Assembly (NCBI RefSeq): GCF_988242995.1
Contig: NZ_OZ547043.1
Length of the DNA stretch: 64,000 nt
Strand: one strand, 5' to 3'
Made by a program: the position numbers and the translations under genes
The notes under the pieces: model-generated
What the model was told of the DNA's origin: nothing
What the model saw: only the letters and a program-made list of their open reading frames with translations
Databases searched by the model: none
Part shown: piece after piece, positions 52,239 to 64,000 of the stretch
Layout of the letters: every line of letters starts with the position of its first letter
Position numbering within the stretch: position 1 is the stretch's first letter

Positions 52239-53006
52239 ATGCTGCAAATCTCTCATCTTTACGCCGATTATGGCGGCAAACCGGCGTTGGAAGATATCAA
52301 CCTGACGCTGGAAAGCGGCGAGCTTCTGGTGGTTCTGGGACCGTCTGGCTGCGGCAAAACCACCTTGCTGAATCTGATTGCCGGTTTTGTGCCTTATCAG
52401 CATGGCAGCATTCAACTGGCGGGTAAGTGCATTGAGGGACCGGGCGCAGAGCGGGGCGTGGTTTTTCAGAATGAAGGGCTGTTGCCGTGGCGTAATGTGG
52501 TAGACAACGTGGCGTTCGGCCTGCAACTGGCAGGTGTAGAGAAAGTACAGCGCCTGGAAATCGCGCACCAGATGCTGAAAAAAGTGGGGCTGGAAGGCGC
52601 AGAAAAACGCTATATCTGGCAGCTTTCCGGCGGTCAACGTCAGCGGGTAGGGATTGCCCGCGCGCTGGCGGCGAATCCCCAGCTGTTATTACTCGACGAA
52701 CCGTTTGGCGCGCTGGACGCCTTCACCCGCGATCAGATGCAAACTCTACTGCTGAAACTCTGGCAGGAGACGGGCAAGCAGGTGCTGTTGATTACCCACG
52801 ATATAGAAGAAGCGGTGTTTATGGCGACTGAACTGGTTCTGCTTTCACCCGGCCCTGGCCGCGTGCTGGAGCGGCTGCCGCTCAACTTTGCTCGCCGCTT
52901 TGTTGCGGGAGAGTCGAGCCGCAGCATCAAGTCCGATCCACAATTCATCGCTATGCGCGAATATGTTTTAAGCCGCGTATTTGAGCAACGGGAGGCGTTC
53001 TCATGA
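52239..53006 (+). CDS. tauB: taurine ABC transporter ATPase
   Basis: 255 aa; Walker [10 protein letters not shown]. Confidence 0.95.
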   Translation: MLQISHLYADYGGKPALEDINLTLESGELLVVLGPSGCGKTTLLNLIAGFVPYQHGSIQLAGKCIEGPGAERGVVFQNEGLLPWRNVVDNVAFGLQLAGVEKVQRLEIAHQMLKKVGLEGAEKRYIWQLSGGQRQRVGIARALAANPQLLLLDEPFGALDAFTRDQMQTLLLKLWQETGKQVLLITHDIEEAVFMATELVLLSPGPGRVLERLPLNFARRFVAGESSRSIKSDPQFIAMREYVLSRVFEQREAFS

Positions 53007-53830
53007 GTGTGCTCATTAATGAAAAACTGCATTCGCATCGGCTGAAATGGCGCTGGCCGCTCTCGCGTCAGGTGACCTTAAGCATTGGCACGTTAGCGAT
53101 TTTACTCACTGTATGGTGGGCAGTGGCGGCGCTGCACCTGATTAGCCCGCTGTTTTTGCCGCCACCGCAACAGGTACTGGCAAAACTGCTCACCATTGCC
53201 GGGCCGCAGGGATTTATGGACGCCACCCTGTGGCAGCATCTTGCAGCCAGCCTGACGCGCATTGTGCTGGCGCTACTTGCGGCGGTGTTGATCGGCATTC
53301 CGGTCGGGATCGCCATGGGACTAAGCCCGACGGTGCGCGGCATTCTGGATCCGGTAATCGAGCTTTATCGTCCGGTGCCGCCGCTGGCGTATTTGCCGCT
53401 GATGGTGATCTGGTTTGGTATTGGTGAAACCTCGAAGATCTTACTGATCTATTTAGCGATTTTTGCACCGGTGGCGATGTCGGCGCTGGCGGGGGTGAAA
53501 AGCGCGCAGCAGGTTCGCATTCGTGCCGCCCAGTCGCTGGGTGCCAGTCGTGCGCAGGTGCTGTGGTTTGTCATTTTGCCCGGCGCGCTGCCGGAAATCC
53601 TCACCGGATTACGCATTGGTCTGGGTGTGGGCTGGTCTACGCTGGTAGCGGCGGAGCTGATTGCCGCGACGCGCGGTTTAGGATTTATGGTTCAGTCAGC
53701 GGGTGAATTTCTCGCGACTGACGTGGTGCTGGCGGGGATCGCGGTGATTGCGATTATCGCTTTTCTTTTAGAACTGGGTTTGCGCGCGTTACAGCGCCGC
53801 CTGACGCCCTGGCATGGAGAAGTACAATGA
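53003..53830 (+). CDS. tauC: taurine ABC transporter permease
   Basis: 275 aa; overlaps the tauB stop. Confidence 0.95.
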   Translation: MSVLINEKLHSHRLKWRWPLSRQVTLSIGTLAILLTVWWAVAALHLISPLFLPPPQQVLAKLLTIAGPQGFMDATLWQHLAASLTRIVLALLAAVLIGIPVGIAMGLSPTVRGILDPVIELYRPVPPLAYLPLMVIWFGIGETSKILLIYLAIFAPVAMSALAGVKSAQQVRIRAAQSLGASRAQVLWFVILPGALPEILTGLRIGLGVGWSTLVAAELIAATRGLGFMVQSAGEFLATDVVLAGIAVIAIIAFLLELGLRALQRRLTPWHGEVQ

Positions 53831-54678
53831 GTGAACGTCTGAGCATTACCCCGCTGGGGCCGTATATTGGCGCACAAATTTCGGGTGCCGACCTGACGCG
53901 CCCGTTAAGCGATAATCAGTTTGAACAGCTTTACCATGCGGTGCTGCGCCATCAGGTGGTGTTTCTGCGCGATCAAGCTATTACGCCGCAGCAGCAACGC
54001 GCGCTGGCCCAGCGTTTTGGCGAACTGCATATTCACCCTGTTTACCCTCATGCCGAAGGGGTTGACGAGATCATCGTGCTGGATACTCATAACGATAATC
54101 CGCCGGATAACGACAACTGGCATACCGATGTGACATTTATTGAAACGCCACCCGCAGGGGCGATTCTGGCGGCAAAAGAGTTACCCTCGACCGGCGGCGA
54201 TACGCTCTGGAGCAGCGGTATTGCGGCCTATGAGGCGCTCTCTGTTCCCTTCCGCCAACTGCTGAGCGGGCTGCGTGCGGAGCATGATTTCCGTAAATCG
54301 TTCCCGGAATACAAATACCGCAAAACCGAGGAGGAGCATCAACGCTGGCGCGAGGCGGTCGCGAAAAACCCGCCGTTGCTACATCCGGTGGTGCGAACGC
54401 ATCCGGTGAGCGGTAAACAGGCGCTGTTTGTGAATGAAGGCTTTACTACGCGAATTGTTGATGTCAGCGAGAAAGAGAGCGAAGCCTTGTTAAGTTTTTT
54501 GTTTGCCCATATCACCAAACCGGAGTTTCAGGTGCGCTGGCGCTGGCAACCGAATGATATTGCGATTTGGGATAATCGCGTGACTCAGCACTATGCCAAT
54601 GCGGATTACCTGCCACAGCGGCGGATTATGCATCGGGCGACGATCCTTGGGGATAAACCGTTTTATCGGGCGGGGTAA
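53827..54678 (+). CDS. tauD: taurine dioxygenase (Fe/2-oxoglutarate-dependent)
   Basis: 283 aa; HxD...H motif (WHTDVTF). Confidence 0.95.
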   Translation: MSERLSITPLGPYIGAQISGADLTRPLSDNQFEQLYHAVLRHQVVFLRDQAITPQQQRALAQRFGELHIHPVYPHAEGVDEIIVLDTHNDNPPDNDNWHTDVTFIETPPAGAILAAKELPSTGGDTLWSSGIAAYEALSVPFRQLLSGLRAEHDFRKSFPEYKYRKTEEEHQRWREAVAKNPPLLHPVVRTHPVSGKQALFVNEGFTTRIVDVSEKESEALLSFLFAHITKPEFQVRWRWQPNDIAIWDNRVTQHYANADYLPQRRIMHRATILGDKPFYRAG

Positions 54679-54685
54679 GGGGGAA

Positions 54686-54709
54686 ATGCCGGGTTGGATA
54701 ACCCGGCAT
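54686..54709. terminator. bidirectional terminator hairpin between tauD and hemB
   Basis: ATGCCGGGTT-GGAT-AACCCGGCAT, 10-bp perfect stem. Confidence 0.65.
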
Positions 54710-54717
54710 AATGAACA

Positions 54718-55692
54718 TTAACGCAGAATCTTCTTCTCAGCCAAATCCAGTGCAAAGTAGCTGAAAATCAGATCCGCACCCGCACGCTTAATCGAACCTA
54801 AGCTTTCGAGCACGACTTTCTCTTCATCTATAGCACCCGCCAGCGCGGCGAACTTAATCATCGCGTACTCACCGCTCACCTGATACGCGCCAATCGGCAA
54901 TTCAGTACGTTCACGCAGCTCACGCACGATGTCGAGGTACGCTCCAGCAGGTTTAACCATCAGGCAGTCTGCGCCCTGGGCTTCATCCAGCAGTGACTCA
55001 CGAATCGCCTCACGACGGTTCATTGGGTTCATCTGATAGCTTTTGCGGTCGCCTTTTAATGCGCTGCCGGCAGCTTCACGGAACGGGCCATAAAAGGAGG
55101 AGGCGAACTTGGTCGAATACGACATAATCGCCGTGTCTTTAAAGCCCGCAGCGTCCAGCGCCTGGCGAATTGCCTGTACCTGGCCGTCCATCGCGGCGGA
55201 AGGGGCGATGAAGTCTGCACCTGCAGCAGCTGCAACCACGGCTTGCTTGCCTAAATTTTCCAGAGTCGCGTCGTTGTCGACGCCATGCTCGCACAGCACA
55301 CCGCAGTGACCGTGAGAAGTGTATTCACAGAAACAAGTGTCTGACATGACGATCATTTCTGGCACAGTCTGCTTGCAGATGCGCGACATACGCGCCACCA
55401 GTCCATCTTCCCGCCAGGCGTCGCTGCCGGTTTCATCGGTATGGTGAGAGATGCCGAAAGTCATCACGGAACGAATACCGGCGTTGGCGATGCGTTCAAT
55501 TTCGCGTGCCAGATGTTTCTCTGGAATGCGCATCACGCCTGGCATGGCTTCAACGGCTTTGTAGTCGTCAATTTCTTCTTCAACAAAGATCGGCAACACC
55601 AGGTCGTTAAGGCTAAGTGTTGTCTCTTCAAACATAGCGCGCAGCGCAGGAGATTTGCGCAGGCGACGAGGGCGTTGGATTAAGTCTGTCAT
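54718..55692 (-). CDS. hemB: porphobilinogen synthase
   Basis: 324 aa from [20 protein letters not shown]... Confidence 0.95.
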
Positions 55693-56215
55693 GGTCTGCC
55701 TGATGTTTGTGGAATCGAGGGGCATAGTATACCTGAAGCAGGGTAGGGATGTTTTACGAAAGTTGTCGCGATGTTGACAAGAAGAGAATGGAAGAGAGGC
55801 CAGGACATCTTTGTAATAGAAATAGCAATAATTTCATATTCACTGAAAATATTTTTAATCTTTATTTATAGTTATTGGTTATTATTTTTTGGAGTTTGGT
55901 TGCGCTGCTACAAATTGAATAATTAAAACTTTGTTGTATATTCATAGGATATTTATCTGGTTTGTGTTTGTGATATTTATGATGCATATGTTTCAAAAAT
56001 AACATTATCTGCAACATATTGAAATATGGTGTTTTTATCAATTCGATGCGTGTTTTTCTCCATAAATTACATATGTCCACATTCGGACTTAGGGGAAAGA
56101 ATAATTGAACCATTCCTCTATAACGCCGCATAATCGTCAACGCGAAACATAATATGTTTTCTATGCATTGATAATTGATGGATCAACTTATTACGTCCCT
56201 GAGGAGGGATGACAA

Positions 56216-59176
<2,961 letters not shown>

Positions 59177-59190
59177 TGAAGAAATAGGTT

Positions 59191-59873
<683 letters not shown>

Positions 59874-61031
59874 TCAGGACGCGGGGATGACCAACGGTTT
59901 ATTCCCGCTCAGTTCGGTCACCAGGTCATTGATGCCATCGCTCATATTTTTAAAGCGCGTCAATGGCGAACGAGTGACCACCACAAATGCGCCAATGTTC
60001 TTCTGCGGGATCATCGCCATATAGGTAATGAAACCGCCACCACCACCTGTCTTCTGAATAATCCCTGGACGACCCTCTTTCGGGGCCATATATACCCAGC
60101 CTAAACCAAGCGCATCCGCTTTGCCGGGGACATCCATGCCAATCACTTTTGTAAACTGCGCTCGCTGATAAATCAACGTCTGCATGCGATCAGCCTGGTT
60201 ACTGCGCTGATAAAAATCAGATGACAAATACTGCTGCATCCAGCGCATCATATCGCCAGGCGTGGAATAGACGCCGCCGCTGCCAATTGCCGCCAGCGTG
60301 TTATTGCATGGACTGGCACCGCGCTCTGCAACCATTAAACGGCGGCACTGGTCCGGCGAGGGGGTGTAGGTGGTGTCTTTCATCCCCAATGGACGGGTAA
60401 TCTGCTCTTCAAACAACTGGGTATAAGGCTTGCCGGACGCATTCGCCAGTGCATCTGCCAGCAGATCGAATGCGAGGTTGGAGTACGCGGCCTGGCTGCC
60501 CGGCGCGGCTTTTAGTTTGGCAGTGGAAAGGTATTTCCAGCGTTGCTCGCGCGTTGGCCAGACAAATACCGGACGATGTGCCGCGCCACCGGGCTGTTCA
60601 CGGGGCAGGGCGCTGGTATGGGTTGCCAGATTCACCAGCGTAATGGGCGTCCCATTGTAGGTTGGCACGCGTGCGCCTGGCGGAGCATATTTACTTAGCG
60701 GATCGTTTAACTTCACGGTCCCCTGGTCGAGCAATTTCACCAGCATCTCACTGGTCATTAGCTTGGTGAGGGAAGCAATACGTATGACCGAATCCAGCTG
60801 CGGGCGAACGTTATTACCAGGTCGCGTTTCGCCATAACTGCGAAAGACGCGCTGGTTACCGTCGATAACAACCAGCGCCATCCCCGTGGCACCGCTGCCG
60901 TAAAAAATATGATCGGCATAACGATCGACAATATCAGAGGCGAACTCCGGTTCAGTGATCGGCTGCGCCGCATGGACGGAGGTCAATGACGCCGCACACA
61001 GCACGGCAGAAAAAAGCAGACTACGTTTCAA
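59874..61031 (-). CDS. ampH: D-alanyl-D-alanine carboxypeptidase/endopeptidase (class C PBP)
   Basis: 385 aa; SLTK active-site motif. Confidence 0.93.
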   Translation of the reverse strand: MKRSLLFSAVLCAASLTSVHAAQPITEPEFASDIVDRYADHIFYGSGATGMALVVIDGNQRVFRSYGETRPGNNVRPQLDSVIRIASLTKLMTSEMLVKLLDQGTVKLNDPLSKYAPPGARVPTYNGTPITLVNLATHTSALPREQPGGAAHRPVFVWPTREQRWKYLSTAKLKAAPGSQAAYSNLAFDLLADALANASGKPYTQLFEEQITRPLGMKDTTYTPSPDQCRRLMVAERGASPCNNTLAAIGSGGVYSTPGDMMRWMQQYLSSDFYQRSNQADRMQTLIYQRAQFTKVIGMDVPGKADALGLGWVYMAPKEGRPGIIQKTGGGGGFITYMAMIPQKNIGAFVVVTRSPLTRFKNMSDGINDLVTELSGNKPLVIPAS

Positions 61032-61382
61032 CGGTGGTGTCCATAGATTGAATGAAGGTAACTGAGCGTATTTATACTACTCATTGATGGATTGCAAAGG
61101 GCGAATTAGTGCAATAATAGTGTTAAAAACGTAACGGCGCGTAAACACGATCTTTTTCCTGCTCACTAATGCCTGCATTTGTGATCCTGCGCGTGTTAAT
61201 CCGCTTATGTAAACAATCTTTGGTTTGTGAAATCCGTCGAAACAATTCTTATGGTCAGGCTGGCGAACTAAGCGCCTTGCTATGGGTCACAATGGGCGGT
61301 TTCATTTGGCTGACTCTTTGTAGCGGTCATGCGGTTAATACACAGCAGTTGTTAAAACGATAAGAAGTTAGCAGGAGTGCAT

Positions 61383-62603
61383 ATGTTTAAGTCTTTTTTC
61401 CCAAAGCCGGGAACGTTTTTTCTCTCGGCCTTTGTTTGGGCATTGATTGCCGTTATCTTCTGGCAAGCAGGTGGGGGTGACTGGGTGGCGCGTATCACCG
61501 GAGCTTCCGGGCAGATCCCGATTAGCGCCGCGCGTTTCTGGTCGTTGGATTTTCTGATTTTTTACGCTTACTACATTGTTTGTGTAGGACTTTTTGCATT
61601 GTTCTGGTTTATCTACAGCCCGCATCGTTGGCAATACTGGTCAATACTCGGTACTGCACTGATCATCTTCGTCACCTGGTTTTTGGTGGAAGTCGGGGTC
61701 GCCGTCAACGCCTGGTATGCGCCGTTCTATGATCTGATTCAAACTGCGCTAAGTTCGCCGCATAAAGTCACCATCGAACAATTTTACCGCGAAGTGGGCG
61801 TCTTTCTGGGGATTGCGCTGATCGCGGTGGTGATCAGTGTGCTGAACAACTTCTTTGTCAGTCACTACGTGTTCCGCTGGCGTACAGCGATGAACGAATA
61901 TTACATGGCGAACTGGCAACAACTTCGTCATATCGAAGGTGCCGCCCAGCGTGTGCAGGAAGACACCATGCGTTTTGCTTCAACGCTGGAGAATATGGGC
62001 GTCAGTTTTATCAACGCCATCATGACGTTGATCGCCTTCCTGCCGGTGCTGGTCACGCTCTCCGCGCATGTGCCGGAGCTGCCGATTGTCGGGCACATTC
62101 CGTATGGTCTGGTGATTGCCGCTATCGTCTGGTCGCTGATGGGGACCGGATTACTGGCAGTGGTAGGGATCAAACTGCCGGGGCTGGAGTTTAAAAACCA
62201 GCGTGTAGAGGCTGCCTACCGTAAAGAGCTGGTTTATGGTGAAGACGATGCCACGCGCGCGACGCCGCCTACGGTACGCGAGCTGTTTAGCGCCGTACGG
62301 AAAAACTATTTCCGCCTCTATTTTCACTATATGTATTTCAACATCGCCCGCATTCTCTATTTGCAGGTCGATAACGTTTTCGGTTTGTTCTTGCTGTTTC
62401 CGTCAATTGTTGCCGGTACGATTACGCTCGGCCTGATGACGCAGATTACCAACGTTTTTGGTCAGGTTCGCGGAGCTTTCCAGTACCTGATTAACTCATG
62501 GACCACACTGGTTGAGTTGATGTCTATCTACAAACGTCTGCGCAGCTTTGAACATGAACTGGATGGTGACAAAATTCAGGAAGTAACCCATACCTTGAGC
62601 TAA
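61383..62603 (+). CDS. sbmA: peptide antibiotic / microcin uptake transporter
   Basis: 406 aa from [19 protein letters not shown]... Confidence 0.93.
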   Translation: MFKSFFPKPGTFFLSAFVWALIAVIFWQAGGGDWVARITGASGQIPISAARFWSLDFLIFYAYYIVCVGLFALFWFIYSPHRWQYWSILGTALIIFVTWFLVEVGVAVNAWYAPFYDLIQTALSSPHKVTIEQFYREVGVFLGIALIAVVISVLNNFFVSHYVFRWRTAMNEYYMANWQQLRHIEGAAQRVQEDTMRFASTLENMGVSFINAIMTLIAFLPVLVTLSAHVPELPIVGHIPYGLVIAAIVWSLMGTGLLAVVGIKLPGLEFKNQRVEAAYRKELVYGEDDATRATPPTVRELFSAVRKNYFRLYFHYMYFNIARILYLQVDNVFGLFLLFPSIVAGTITLGLMTQITNVFGQVRGAFQYLINSWTTLVELMSIYKRLRSFEHELDGDKIQEVTHTLS

Positions 62604-62615
62604 AAAGGAGAAGTA

Positions 62616-63710
62616 ATGTCGCGCGTCAATCATCTATCTTCGCTGTCATTGTTGGCGGTTCTGGTTTTAGCGGGGTGTAGTAGTCAGGCTCCGCAACCGT
62701 TGAAAAAGGGCGAAAAAGCGATAGATGTGGCGAGCGTCGTGCGGCAGAAGATGCCTGCGAGCGTGAAAGACCGCGATGCCTGGGCGAAAGATCTCGCCAC
62801 CACGTTTGAAAGTCAAGGGCTGGCACCGACGCTGGAAAACGTCTGCTCGGTGCTGGCGGTGGCGCAGCAGGAGTCAAATTATCAGGCAGATCCAGCTGTT
62901 CCGAGCTTAAGCAAGATCGCCTGGCAAGAGATTGACCGTCGTGCTGAACGGATGCACATTCCTGCTTTTCTGGTGCATACCGCGCTAAAAATCAAATCGC
63001 CAAACGGCAAAAGCTATAGCGAACGGTTAGATTCGGTGCGTACAGAAAAGCAATTGAGCGCGATTTTTGACGATCTGATCAGCATGGTGCCAATGGGGCA
63101 GACGTTGTTTGGTTCGCTTAATCCGGTGCGCACCGGTGGGCCGATGCAGGTCAGCATTGCCTTTGCCGAACAGCATACCAAAGGGTATCCGTGGAAAATG
63201 GACGGTACAGTCCGTCAGGAAGTCTTCAGTCGTCGCGGCGGGTTGTGGTTTGGTACTTACCATTTACTGAATTATCCCGCCAGCTATAGTGCGCCGATAT
63301 ACCGTTTTGCTGATTTTAACGCTGGCTGGTACGCCAGCCGTAATGCCGCGTTTCAGAACGCGGTCAGTAAGGCCAGCGGCGTGAAGCTGGCACTGGACGG
63401 TGATTTAATTCGTTACGACAGTAAAGAGCCCGGGAAAACCGAACTGGCAACGCGCAAACTGGCGGGAAAACTGGGGATGAGTGACAGTGAAATTCGCCGC
63501 CAGTTAGAGAAAGGGGACGGCTTCTCTTTTGAGGAGACGGCGCTGTACAAGAAAGTTTATCAACTTGCCGAAGCGAAAACGGGTAAATCACTACCCCGCG
63601 AAATGTTGCCTGGCATTCAACTGGAAAGCCCGAAAATCACCCGCAACCTGACTACGGCCTGGTTTGCGAAGCGCGTAGACGAACGGCGGGCGCGTTGTAT
63701 GAAACAGTGA
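62616..63710 (+). CDS. yaiW: surface-exposed outer-membrane lipoprotein
   Basis: 364 aa; lipobox LAGC. Confidence 0.9.
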   Translation: MSRVNHLSSLSLLAVLVLAGCSSQAPQPLKKGEKAIDVASVVRQKMPASVKDRDAWAKDLATTFESQGLAPTLENVCSVLAVAQQESNYQADPAVPSLSKIAWQEIDRRAERMHIPAFLVHTALKIKSPNGKSYSERLDSVRTEKQLSAIFDDLISMVPMGQTLFGSLNPVRTGGPMQVSIAFAEQHTKGYPWKMDGTVRQEVFSRRGGLWFGTYHLLNYPASYSAPIYRFADFNAGWYASRNAAFQNAVSKASGVKLALDGDLIRYDSKEPGKTELATRKLAGKLGMSDSEIRRQLEKGDGFSFEETALYKKVYQLAEAKTGKSLPREMLPGIQLESPKITRNLTTAWFAKRVDERRARCMKQ

Positions 63711-63767
63711 TCAAACAGGAATGTCATGCCAGATAAAGCGTTTTAGGTCCTATCTGGCAAGTAAATC

Positions 63768-64000
63768 TTACTGGCGGCGATGTCGCCAGTGCAGCCATAG
63801 CGCCACTACTGCAAAAATGAGGCAGCCAACTAAAAACGGGATCAGCCCGAAAATGGTGCCGACACCTAAACCAATTTCCACCCGTGGGCGACCTGTTTCC
63901 TGGACCTGCATTAAACGCTCATAGACGCCGGGCGCATGCACTAGCAGGTTCAGCAATTGCGCCCCAGCCCAAAAGCAAAACAGCACAAACAACGCATAGG
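63768..64000 (-). CDS. yaiY: inner-membrane protein; 5' end probably beyond the window edge
   Basis: Open frame reaching the window end (track ORF 63768..63992); YaiY-like hydrophobic sequence. Confidence 0.6.

Overview
This window is an Escherichia coli chromosomal segment collinear with the K-12 yahF-to-yaiY region, and its most notable content is an IS110-family insertion sequence (IS621-like) carrying a structured guide ('bridge') RNA. Gene identities are from my recognition of the translated ORFs and their order; no database search was run. In order, the window holds yahF (3' end), yahG, yahI, yahJ, a 5-gene block absent from K-12 (ASCH-domain protein plus a CUT2-type sugar ABC transporter), yahK, yahL, yahM, yahN (premature stop), yahO, prpR, prpBCDE, codBA, cynR, cynTS, cynX (split by an IS200 copy), lacAYZ, lacI, mhpR, mhpABCDFE, mhpT, yaiL, the IS621-like element inserted in a REP sequence, frmBA, frmR, yaiO, intact yaiX, yaiP, yaiS, tauABCD, hemB, intact yaiT autotransporter, yaiV, ampH, sbmA, yaiW and the start of yaiY. 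The IS621-like element (43568..44846, 1279 bp) has a 326-aa DEDD/Tnp recombinase and a 177-nt 5' non-coding region whose loops contain short sequences matching the element's own ends and the flanking target. I found no tRNA, rRNA or CRISPR array. The strain is not K-12: it lacks the K-12 IS2 and IS3 insertions in yaiX and yaiT and has small polymorphisms in the lac control region.
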